Notes under the pieces: generated by a model
Told to the model about the DNA's origin: nothing
Seen by the model: the letters and a program-made list of their open reading frames with translations, nothing else
Database searches by the model: none
Translations under genes and position numbers: made by a program
From: Alphaproteobacteria bacterium
GTDB taxonomy: Bacteria; Pseudomonadota; Alphaproteobacteria; GCA-2731375
Reading direction: 5' to 3'
DNA: 32,961 nucleotides
NCBI GenBank assembly: GCA_965225945.1
Contig: CBDDBZ010000008.1
Span: 1 to 32,961 of the forward strand
Shown: piece by piece, positions 8,481 to 17,182 of the stretch
Numbering within the stretch: position 1 is the stretch's first letter
Layout: every line of letters starts with the position of its first letter

Positions 8481-9308
8481 TCACCCGAGGTAGCCGAAAC
8501 GCTACATCATGTCCTCGTTCGCGTCGACGAGGTATCGTTCCTGTGCCGCCGACAGTACGTCCTTCCAGCCGCCCGCGCGACCCTGGCGGAAGAAGCGGCT
8601 GGTATCGCGGACTTGTTCGACGAAGCCGTGACTGTCTTCCTGGCTGCGAAGCTGATCGAAGGCGGAGAACCCGATCGCCCGTTTCAGGCGCCCCCGGTCC
8701 GGCTCCAGCCCGAGATATCGCGCCACGGCGGCGAAGGTCGGTCGAGGCTTGGCCAGCATGTCTTCGTAGCGGGCGACATGCGTGTTGAGGCCCGGCGCAT
8801 CGACCCAACTCGCCACGTGCCGTCGCCAACCGCCGAGAAAGGAGAACACGTTACGCCCGACTGTCGCCAGGCGATAGTCGTTGCGGCACAGCATGTCCAC
8901 CGCGTCGTCGACCGAGAGATCGAAATGATGGGAAACGGAAACGGCCACGTCGCGGGGATCGCGGACCATGTAGATCGCGCCGGTCGTCACCTCGGGCGTG
9001 ATCGTCGCGACACCGTCCAGCCGGATAATGGCATTGTGGGTCTTGACCAAGGCCGGCTCGTCGCCGAGACCGGCGAGAAAGCGGTGGACGTGGGGCCTGA
9101 GGCGGTGCAGCCGCGCTTCGTCGGGTTGGTCGAGTGTCGTTGCGCTCGCCCGTTCGTAGAGGGCGGCGCGGGAATCGCTGTAGCCGGTTTCGCGGAGCAT
9201 GTTGATGTTGACCGGGACTTCGCCGCCGGCGCGGTAATTGGCGAGAAAGACCCTGAGCCAGGTATTGCCCGACTTGGGGTATGACGCGAGCCAGATGATT
9301 CCCCCCAT
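8481..9308 (-). CDS. PAPS-dependent sulfotransferase, copy 3; in-frame TAG at 8502-8504, seven codons before the paralog-equivalent TGA at 8481-8483
   Basis: Same motifs (SYPKSGNTW, VKTH, YMVRDPRD, RYEDM, FFRQG). The frame continues ...EDMM-TAG-RFGYLG-TGA, matching the MxxFGYL end of the paralogs. Confidence 0.85.
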
Positions 9309-9320
9309 CTCGATGTGGCC

Positions 9321-10148
9321 TCACGGTAGATAGCCGAACTCGCCCATGACTTCACCATGGACTTCGATCATTCGTTCGACCTGGTCGGGCGCCAGTTTCT
9401 CGCGCCATTGGTTGCTTTTGCCTTCACGGAAGAAAGATGCGGCATGACGGCTTTTCTCGTCGAAGCCATGTTGCGTCTCCTGTCGTTTCATCTCGTTGAA
9501 GGACGCATTGCGTATCGCCCGGCGCAAGCGGCCGCGTGTCGCTTTCACACCGACAAAGTCGACAACGTCGCCGAACGCGTCGATCGGTTTGTTCACCAGA
9601 TCCTCGTATCGGACGATCTGGAGATGCAAACCGGGTGCCCGCGTCCAGCTTCGGACATGATCGCCCCAGGCACCGAGGTGCTGGAAGACCGCCGTCCGCG
9701 ATGTCGCGACATGGTTCTCCGGCGATGCCATGGCCTCGATGGCGGAATCGATGGAGAGCCCGTAATGGTCCGCGTAGGACAGCACGATGTCGAGTGGATT
9801 GCGAACCACATAGATGGCGCCCGCGGTCACGTCTGGCGTGATCGTGGCCACGCCGCCTTGCATCGCCATGGCATTGTGCGTCTTCGCCATGACGGTTTCG
9901 GCGCGCAGGTTTGCCAGCAGGCGGTGGACCCTGGGCCGCAGTTGATGCAACTCGACATCCGACAGCTCCGCGACGGGCTTGCCGGCCACCCGTTCGTACA
10001 GATCGCTCGACATCTCACCGTAGAAAAAGCGCCCGAGTTTGTTGATGTCGTAAGCCGACTTTGAGTCGTCGAAGAGATTGGCCAGGAAAATTCGCAACCA
10101 AGTGTTGCCTGATTTGGGATAGGAGGCAAGCCAAAGTATGCCCGCCAT
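9321..10148 (-). CDS. PAPS-dependent sulfotransferase, copy 2
   Basis: MAGILWLASYPKSGNTW, AKTH, YVVRNPLD, RYEDL and FFREG. ATG 10148 lies 2 nt after the upstream stop. Confidence 0.9.
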   Translation of the reverse strand: MAGILWLASYPKSGNTWLRIFLANLFDDSKSAYDINKLGRFFYGEMSSDLYERVAGKPVAELSDVELHQLRPRVHRLLANLRAETVMAKTHNAMAMQGGVATITPDVTAGAIYVVRNPLDIVLSYADHYGLSIDSAIEAMASPENHVATSRTAVFQHLGAWGDHVRSWTRAPGLHLQIVRYEDLVNKPIDAFGDVVDFVGVKATRGRLRRAIRNASFNEMKRQETQHGFDEKSRHAASFFREGKSNQWREKLAPDQVERMIEVHGEVMGEFGYLP

Positions 10149-10150
10149 TA

Positions 10151-10987
10151 CTATCGATCCCTGGGGAGGTATCCGAACTCGGTCATGATCTCGCCGTGGG
10201 CTTCGACGATGCGTTCGATCTGTTCCCGGCTCAGCTCGTCGCGCCATTGATTGGCCTTGCCTTTACGGAAGAAGGCCTCGGCATGGCGGCTCTTCTCGAC
10301 GAAGCCCTGGCGTTTTTCTTGCCGTTTGAGTTCCTTGAAGGACGAGTTTCGCACCGCGTGGCGTAGATGTCCGCGGGTCGCCTTTACCCCGAGGTATCGG
10401 GCAATATCGGCGAAACCGTCGATTGGCCTAGCCAGTAAATCCTCGTAGCGGACGACATGGCAATGCAGTCCCGGCGCGCGGGTCCAACTCTGGACATGAC
10501 TGCTCCAGTCGCTGAGATACTGAAAAACCGTCGAAGCAGAGGGCCGAATGATGCTGTCGGGCGAATTCAACGTGGAGATCGCGGCATCGATATCGACGCC
10601 GTAATGATCGGCGTAGGAAAGCACGATGTCCAGCGGATTCCGTACCATATAGATAGCACCCTTGGTTACGTCGGGCGTGATAGCCGGGACACCCTCGTGG
10701 GTGGCTATGGCATTGTGTGTCTTGACGAGCGCGGTTTCAGAGCGACGACTTGCGATGAAGCGATGTACTTGTGGTCTCAACCGATAAATGTCGAGATCGG
10801 TGAGCGTATCGAGCGGTTTGCCGGCGATATTTTCATAGAGATCGCTCGACATTTCACCAAAAGAATAGTGTTTCAGCTCGTTAATGTTGTAAGCGTGGTT
10901 TGAGTTTGCAAAAAGGTTGGCCAGGAAAGCCCTGAGCCAAGTATTGCCGGACTTCGGATATGACGCAAGCCAGAGAATGCCCGCCAT
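10151..10987 (-). CDS. PAPS-dependent sulfotransferase, copy 1
   Basis: MAGILWLASYPKSGNTW, VKTH, YMVRNPLD, RYEDL and FFRKG. RBS AGGGAAGGA. Visibly more AT-rich than the flanking core genes. Confidence 0.9.
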   Translation of the reverse strand: MAGILWLASYPKSGNTWLRAFLANLFANSNHAYNINELKHYSFGEMSSDLYENIAGKPLDTLTDLDIYRLRPQVHRFIASRRSETALVKTHNAIATHEGVPAITPDVTKGAIYMVRNPLDIVLSYADHYGVDIDAAISTLNSPDSIIRPSASTVFQYLSDWSSHVQSWTRAPGLHCHVVRYEDLLARPIDGFADIARYLGVKATRGHLRHAVRNSSFKELKRQEKRQGFVEKSRHAEAFFRKGKANQWRDELSREQIERIVEAHGEIMTEFGYLPRDR

Positions 10988-11103
10988 GTCCTTCCCTATT
11001 TAGAGAGATCTCTGTCGGCCAATTACGCGCCGGCGCTCGGTCCCCAAGGGTCGGTGACGGTGCAATAGGCTGATCGGCGGTTCGATTGCGACGTGCGAGT
11101 GCC

Positions 11104-11136
11104 AAAAAAAGAAGGAGCGGCCGAAGCCGCTCCTTC
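11104..11136 (-). terminator. Intrinsic terminator after the porin gene
   Basis: Perfect 11-bp stem GAAGGAGCGGC/GCCGCTCCTTC with a 4-nt loop (UUCG on the minus strand), followed by 7 U, about 25 nt after the porin stop. Confidence 0.9.
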
Positions 11137-11159
11137 CCATCCAAGACTTGTCGTCTCGA

Positions 11160-12326
11160 TCAGAATGACACCTTGATGCCACCGACAACGTAGAAGCCGT
11201 CGTCGTTGCAAGCACTGCCGCCGCACTCGGAATTGAGGTCGGCATAAGCGATCGCACCCTTCAGAGCGACGCCCGGGCCCAGCTTATACTGGGCGCCGAG
11301 GTGGATCGTATCCACTTCGTCATTCGCGGAAATCGCCGTGGTGCCTTCCGATTCGCCGTGCTTCCACACCAGGCTGACGCCCCACGGGCCCGTCTCGTAG
11401 GCGAGGCCGATGGCGTAACCGTGGTTCTCTTTGCTGATCTCAACCGGCGTCGCCTTCGTGCCACCATCGTACGTCGACGTGCTCGTGGTGTTGATGCTGT
11501 CCAGCGTATCGCCGTAGTAGCCGCCGAGGCTGAAGCCGCCGAAGCCGAACAGGGCACCGAAGGTGACCACGGTCGGATCGCTGCCGGGGTTGCCGGTCGG
11601 CTCTTCGCCGTGGCTGAAGCCGCCGCTGATCTTGACCGATATCTGGTCGAACTGGCCGGAATAGTTGGTGCCAAGCGAAATGACGTTGGAGATCGTGCCA
11701 TCGTTGTTGATGGCATTGCTGTCCTGGTTACCGCAGGAGGGCGTATAGGAGACGCCGAACTGGAAGCCCGAGAAGCGCGGGGTGAAGTAGGTCAGACGCT
11801 TGTCGTCGTTACAGGTGCTGTCGACTTCGACCCAGGCCGAACCGAACGGCTGGCGGAAGTTACTGATGCTGCCGAGGATCTTGTAGCTGATCCACTGGCT
11901 GTCATCGCCCGACATCGTCGTGATACCGAAGTCCTTCGGCGCGTAGCCCATCTTGTAGTGCGCCGAGTTCTCCGAACCCATCAGGAACTGGCCGAAGCTG
12001 CCGGTCAGCGTGATGTAGGATTCGTCGATCTGGTCACCCCCGTCGGTGTTGCCCTCGAGCTCGACGTGGTATTGAACCTTCAAGCCGTTGTCCAAGGTGA
12101 CGCGGGCTTTGAAGTGCACTTCCGCGTCCGACTTGTGGTCGAATGTCGTGAAGTCGGCACCGCCGGCCTCGCCTGGCTTCGTGTCGTCGTTGCCGACGGA
12201 CCTGACGCCGAACCATTGTTCCATGTAACCATTCAGCGATGCCTCGAGCCCCGCGGCTGCCGCGGGACCGGACATCAAGACACCGGCGGTCACAAGTGCC
12301 GAGGTGCCGAGTAGAAGCCTTTTCAT
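11160..12326 (-). CDS. Outer membrane porin (Gram-negative porin, alphaproteobacterial type)
   Basis: Signal peptide MKRLLLGTSAL...AAAA, LDNGL, IDESY...GSFG, KRLTYFTPRFSGFQFGVSY, and a C-terminal beta-signal GIKVSF ending in Phe. Confidence 0.9.
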   Translation of the reverse strand: MKRLLLGTSALVTAGVLMSGPAAAAGLEASLNGYMEQWFGVRSVGNDDTKPGEAGGADFTTFDHKSDAEVHFKARVTLDNGLKVQYHVELEGNTDGGDQIDESYITLTGSFGQFLMGSENSAHYKMGYAPKDFGITTMSGDDSQWISYKILGSISNFRQPFGSAWVEVDSTCNDDKRLTYFTPRFSGFQFGVSYTPSCGNQDSNAINNDGTISNVISLGTNYSGQFDQISVKISGGFSHGEEPTGNPGSDPTVVTFGALFGFGGFSLGGYYGDTLDSINTTSTSTYDGGTKATPVEISKENHGYAIGLAYETGPWGVSLVWKHGESEGTTAISANDEVDTIHLGAQYKLGPGVALKGAIAYADLNSECGGSACNDDGFYVVGGIKVSF

Positions 12327-12589
12327 ACGGTTTCCCCTCTATAAGAGATGTGTTACCAGTCCAAACATTGCTGCAAGCCCGGGCGCCAAGGGGCGTAACC
12401 GGCAAGCGATGCCATAAAGCCGTTTGCACTCGCCGTGGTCAAGCATTCAGACGGGGAGAGTGTAGCGATAATCCCCCACTGTGGCGAGGTTGTCACACTC
12501 CGCTCGACCCCTTCCCCCCTTGGGGCGGGTCGGCGGCGGCGGCCGCGCGAGAAGCCTTGCGGTGGCGTCGCATCGTTGTTTTGCCTTTT

Positions 12590-12604
12590 GTTCGCACCTT
12601 GTTC
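12590..12604 (+). promoter_or_regulatory. Candidate alphaproteobacterial LexA box GTTC-N7-GTTC
   Basis: TTGTTC-GCACC-TTGTTC is an exact GTTC-N7-GTTC, 70 nt upstream of the DUF3576 ATG and just before a TATATC -10-like hexamer. Confidence 0.4.
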
Positions 12605-12674
12605 GGCGTATATCGAACCACCCCGCCAAGCGGTGGCGCTTTGCGGGGGCCTATGCAAGGTTGAGGTTGAAACC

Positions 12675-13244
12675 ATGAGAAGACGAAACCTAGTCGCCCG
12701 GATCACGCCGTATCTCCTTGGCGCGTTGCTGGTGGCGGCGTGCGAGGGCGTGGAGGTCAAGGATCAGTATCCCAGGCCGCTGCCCGGCCGCGGTTCCGAT
12801 CCGTCGCCGGAGGCGACTCGTGAGTCACTCTTTGGCGGTGGCGGCTTCGGCTCCACGATCTTCGGGACCGGCAGCCGGGAAGAGGCGGCGAAGGGCGCGC
12901 GCGGGGGCACCGGCGTCGGCATCGGCGTCAACAGTTACCTTTGGCGGGCCTCGCTCGACACGATGTCCTTCATGCCGCTCGCCTCGGCCGATCCCTTCGG
13001 CGGCGTGATCATCACCGACTGGTACAGCCCGCCCGAGTCGCCCGAGGAGCGGTTCAAGGCCACCGTCTACATCCTGGAACGCCAGCTCCGGGCCGATGGC
13101 GTCCGCGTCGCGGTTTTCCGCCAGACCCGGGCGGGCGGCCAGGACTGGCGCGACGCCCGGCTCAACGACCGCACGGCGACGGACCTCGAGGACGCGATCC
13201 TCACCCGCGCCCGCCAGCTCCGGATCAGTTCGCTGGGCGAATGA
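12675..13244 (+). CDS. DUF3576-family lipoprotein
   Basis: Lipobox-like LVAAC; [34 protein letters not shown]...ILTRARQLR; usual position upstream of leuS. Confidence 0.88.
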   Translation: MRRRNLVARITPYLLGALLVAACEGVEVKDQYPRPLPGRGSDPSPEATRESLFGGGGFGSTIFGTGSREEAAKGARGGTGVGIGVNSYLWRASLDTMSFMPLASADPFGGVIITDWYSPPESPEERFKATVYILERQLRADGVRVAVFRQTRAGGQDWRDARLNDRTATDLEDAILTRARQLRISSLGE

Positions 13245-13342
13245 CGCCCGGGCGCCGGCTTGCGCGCCGGGCCGCACCGCCACATAGTCGCGCCGGCCGG
13301 CGTTCGCGCGGGCGCGCGATCTCCCACTTCACGGGCGAAGCC

Positions 13343-15922
13343 ATGAACGACAGCATCGACACTTCCCGCTACGGCGCCAGCGCCACCGAGGCCAAATGGC
13401 AGGCGGTCTGGGACGAGAAGCAGAGTTTTCGGGCCGAGGCCGACCCGAGCCGCGAGAAATACTACGTCCTCGAGATGTTCCCCTATCCGAGCGGGCGCAT
13501 CCACATGGGCCATGTGCGGAACTACACGATGGGCGACCTGGTGGCGCGCTACAAGCGGGCGCGCGGCTTCAACGTGCTGCATCCCATGGGCTGGGACGCG
13601 TTCGGCCTGCCGGCCGAGAACGCGGCGCTGGAGAACGAGGTGCATCCCGCCAAATGGACGCGGGAGAACATCGACAGCATGCGGGCCCAGCTGAAGTCGA
13701 TGGGGCTGTCGCTGGACTGGAGCCGGGAGTTCGCGACCTGCGATCCCTCCTACTATCGCCACGAACAGAAGATGTTCCTGGATTTCTTGCGGGCGGGCCT
13801 GGTCGAGCGCAAGGAAAGCTGGGTCAACTGGGATCCGGTCGAGCACACGGTGTTGGCCAACGAGCAGGTGATCGACGGGCTCGGCTGGCGCTCCGGCGTC
13901 CCGGTCGAACGGCGCAAGCTGTCCCAGTGGTTCTTCAAGATCACCGCGCTGGCGGAGGAATTGCTTTCGGCCCTGGACGACTTGGAGCGCTGGCCCGACA
14001 AGGTCCGGCTGATGCAGCGCAACTGGATCGGCCGTTCCGCCGGCGCGCGGCTGCGCTTCGCGGTCACGGGCGGCGGCGACGAGATCGAGGTCTTCACCAC
14101 CCGCCACGACACCATCTTCGGCGCCACCTTCATCGCCCTCTCCCCCGATCATCCGCTGGCCGCGAAGCTGGCGGCGGCGGATTCCGCGCTGGCCGAATTC
14201 GTCGAGGACTGCCGGCGCAGCGGGACCAGCGAGGCCGCGTTGGAAACGGCGGAAAAGCTTGGCCATCGGACCAGTATTGAGGCCGCCCATCCGTTCCGCG
14301 ACGGCGTCGCGTTGCCCGTCTACGTCGCCAACTTCGTGCTGATGGAATACGGCACCGGCGCCATCTTCGGCTGTCCGGGCCACGACCAGCGCGACCTGGA
14401 CTTCGCCCGCAAGTACGAGTTGGACGTCATCCCCGTGGTGGCGCCCGACGAGGTCGCTCCGGCGGACTTCGAGATCGGCGCCGAGGCCTATGCCGGCCCC
14501 GGGCGGATGATCAATTCGGAATTTCTCGACGGGCTCGGGATCGAGTCCGCCAAGGCGGAGATCGCGCGCCGCGCCGAGGCGGGCGGCTTCGGCCAGGCGA
14601 CGGTCACCTACCGCCTGCGCGACTGGGGCGTCTCGCGCCAGCGCTACTGGGGCTGCCCGATTCCGGTGATCCATTGCGAGGCCTGCGGCCTGGTCGGCGT
14701 GCCGGACGCGGACTTGCCGGTGGTCCTGCCGGAGGACGTGGATTTCGACCAGCCGGGCAATCCGCTCGACCGTCATCCGACCTGGCGCGACGTCGCCTGC
14801 CCGACCTGCGGGGCGCCGGCGAAACGCGAGGCCGACACCTTCGATACCTTCATCGACAGCTCCTGGTATTTCGCCCGCTTCTGCAGTCCGGCCGACGAGG
14901 GGCCGGTGGCGCGCGACGCGGTCGACTACTGGATGCCGGTGGACCAGTACATCGGCGGGGTCGAGCATGCCATCCTGCATCTCTTGTATTCCCGTTTCTA
15001 CACCCGGGCTATGCGGGCCTGCGGCTATCTGGCGGTGGACGAGCCGTTCGACGGCATGTTCACCCAGGGCATGGTCTGTCACGCCACCTTCCGCGATGCG
15101 GCCGGCAACCTGCTGTTTCCGAACGAGGTGGCGCGCGAGGGCGAGGGCTGGCGGCGGCTCGACGACGGCGGCCCGGTCGCCGTCGGCCGTTCCGAGAAGA
15201 TGAGTAAGAGCCTGAAGAACGTGGTCGATCCGGCCGAGATCATAGAGCGCTACGGGGCCGATACCGCGCGCTGGTTCATGCTGTCGGACAGCCCGCCGGA
15301 TCGCGACCTGGAATGGACGGACGCCGGTGTCGAGGGCGCCTGGCGCTTCACCCAGCGTCTCTGGCGGCTGGTGAACGGGGCGATCCCGCGGCTGTCCGCG
15401 CTCGGCGCGCCGAAGCCGGCGGGCTTTTCGGACGAGGCACAGGCGCTGCGCCGCGCGACCCACAAGACGGTCGCCGCCATGACGGACGACATCGAACGCT
15501 TCCGCTTCAACGTTGCGGTCGCCCGCGTGCACGAGCTGGCCAATCACGCCGGCGGTTTCGAAATCTCGGCCGAGGGCGATGAGTGGGCCTTGCGCGAGGC
15601 GCTGGAGACCCTGGTCGTGGTGGCCGGACCGATGATCCCGCATCTGATGGAGGAGCTCTGGTCCCGGCTCGGGGCGGAGGGCTTGCTGGTCGACGCCGCC
15701 TGGCCGCTGGCCGACCCGGCGCTGCTGATCGAGGACACGGTGACGATCGCGGTGCAGGTCAACGGCAAACTGCGCGGCCGGATCGACATCGCCCGCGACG
15801 GCGAGGAGGCCGAGGTGCGCGAAGCGGCGCTGGCCGACGAGGGCGTGGCGCGGGCCGTCGCCGGCAAGGAGATTCGCCGGGTGATCGTGGTGCCGAACCG
15901 TATCGTCAACGTCGTTATCTAG
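13343..15922 (+). CDS. leuS: Leucine--tRNA ligase
   Basis: [13 protein letters not shown] (HIGH), [15 protein letters not shown]...PGHDQRD editing domain, [16 protein letters not shown] and VQVNGKLR. Confidence 0.98.
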   Translation: MNDSIDTSRYGASATEAKWQAVWDEKQSFRAEADPSREKYYVLEMFPYPSGRIHMGHVRNYTMGDLVARYKRARGFNVLHPMGWDAFGLPAENAALENEVHPAKWTRENIDSMRAQLKSMGLSLDWSREFATCDPSYYRHEQKMFLDFLRAGLVERKESWVNWDPVEHTVLANEQVIDGLGWRSGVPVERRKLSQWFFKITALAEELLSALDDLERWPDKVRLMQRNWIGRSAGARLRFAVTGGGDEIEVFTTRHDTIFGATFIALSPDHPLAAKLAAADSALAEFVEDCRRSGTSEAALETAEKLGHRTSIEAAHPFRDGVALPVYVANFVLMEYGTGAIFGCPGHDQRDLDFARKYELDVIPVVAPDEVAPADFEIGAEAYAGPGRMINSEFLDGLGIESAKAEIARRAEAGGFGQATVTYRLRDWGVSRQRYWGCPIPVIHCEACGLVGVPDADLPVVLPEDVDFDQPGNPLDRHPTWRDVACPTCGAPAKREADTFDTFIDSSWYFARFCSPADEGPVARDAVDYWMPVDQYIGGVEHAILHLLYSRFYTRAMRACGYLAVDEPFDGMFTQGMVCHATFRDAAGNLLFPNEVAREGEGWRRLDDGGPVAVGRSEKMSKSLKNVVDPAEIIERYGADTARWFMLSDSPPDRDLEWTDAGVEGAWRFTQRLWRLVNGAIPRLSALGAPKPAGFSDEAQALRRATHKTVAAMTDDIERFRFNVAVARVHELANHAGGFEISAEGDEWALREALETLVVVAGPMIPHLMEELWSRLGAEGLLVDAAWPLADPALLIEDTVTIAVQVNGKLRGRIDIARDGEEAEVREAALADEGVARAVAGKEIRRVIVVPNRIVNVVI

Positions 15923-15945
15923 GACAGGCGCGGAATCTCCCGGCC

Positions 15946-16971
15946 GTGAAACTGACTGCCAGGCAAATCGAGCCGTTCCTGCGCAACCCGGATCCCGCCG
16001 TGCATGCCGTCCTGGTCTACGGTCCCGACGGGGGGCGGGTGCGCGAGGTCGGGCGGCGGCTGCTGCACCAGATGGCGGCCGACCCGGACGATCCCTTCGC
16101 CGTCTCCACCCTCGCCATGGCCGACCTCAAGGGCGATCCTGCGCGGCTGCTGGACGAGGCGACGGCGATGGTTCTGGGCGGGGGAAAACGGGTGGTGCGG
16201 CTGGGCGACGCGGAGCCGTCCGTGGCCGATGCGGTGGTGGGCGTTTTGGCCCTGGAGGCGCCGGAGGCCTTCGTTATCGTGGAGGCGGGCGACCTCGGCC
16301 CCCGCGACAAGCTCCGCCGGCTGTTCGAAGCCGCCGGGAGGGGTGCCGCGATCCCCTGCTACCAGGATGAAGGCCAGGGCCTGGAGACGGTGATCCGCCA
16401 GGGCCTGGGCGAGGCGGGCCGCGAGATCGAGCCGGGTGCCCTCGCCTATTTCGCCGCCCAGCTTGGCGGCGACCGGGCCCAGACCCGCTCGGAAATAGAG
16501 AAGCTGGTGCTCTACAAGGGCGACGAGGTGGGCGCCATCACCCTTGACGACGTGGCGGCGACGGTCGGCGATGGCGCTCCGATCCTGCTCGACGACATCG
16601 CTCTCTCGACGGCGAGCGGCGAGCAGGCCGGCCTCGACCGGGCGCTGGTCCGTGCTTTCCAGGCGAGTGAAACGCCCGTGGGCGTGCTGCGCGCCGTCGC
16701 CCGACACCTCACCCGCCTGCATCTGGCCGCCAGTCTGATGGCGAACGGCCAGTCGGCCGAGAATGCGATGAAGGCCATGCGTCCACCGGTCTTCTTCAAG
16801 CAGCAGCCGATCTTCCGCGGCCAGCTCCGCCAATGGTCGCCCGACGCGCTGGCCCGGGCGCTGGCGTTGCTGATGACGGCCGAACTCGACTGCAAGTCAA
16901 CCGGCATGCCAGACGAGGCTATTTCGGCCCGGGCGCTGATGCGCATCGCCCAGGCCGCGCGGCGAGGATGA
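15946..16971 (+). CDS. holA: DNA polymerase III subunit delta
   Basis: GTG start 23 nt after leuS; VLVYGPDGG, DPARLLDEA, AIPCY, DRAQTRSEIEKLVLY and RPPVFFK. Confidence 0.93.
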   Translation: MKLTARQIEPFLRNPDPAVHAVLVYGPDGGRVREVGRRLLHQMAADPDDPFAVSTLAMADLKGDPARLLDEATAMVLGGGKRVVRLGDAEPSVADAVVGVLALEAPEAFVIVEAGDLGPRDKLRRLFEAAGRGAAIPCYQDEGQGLETVIRQGLGEAGREIEPGALAYFAAQLGGDRAQTRSEIEKLVLYKGDEVGAITLDDVAATVGDGAPILLDDIALSTASGEQAGLDRALVRAFQASETPVGVLRAVARHLTRLHLAASLMANGQSAENAMKAMRPPVFFKQQPIFRGQLRQWSPDALARALALLMTAELDCKSTGMPDEAISARALMRIAQAARRG

Positions 16972-17182
16972 TGTCCCGGTGGCTTACGGCGGGACGATGA
17001 AATGGTCGCGGCACGTGCGAAACGCCGGAACCGCCGCATGCCGCTGATCGGACTCGAATATTGTGATAAACGGGGCGCATGCCCGACAGCGGTCGTCGAG
17101 AGTGGAATCCGCCATGCCGAAACAAAGTGATGATCGTCGTGCGATGAGAATGCAAACGATGGGCAACGGAACGGAATCGAAG

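Noticed and set aside
7634-11160. RiPP or lasso-peptide cluster around the sulfotransferases
   Set aside because: No credible precursor ORF, cyclase, peptidase, RRE or transporter in the window.
13067-15643. 858-aa antisense ORF, and similar long shadow ORFs (13..1224, 801..1769, 11301..12314, 19899..21146, 22921..24540, 29066..30382)
   Set aside because: They lie opposite well-supported genes, show no recognisable motifs, and are expected from high-GC codon bias.
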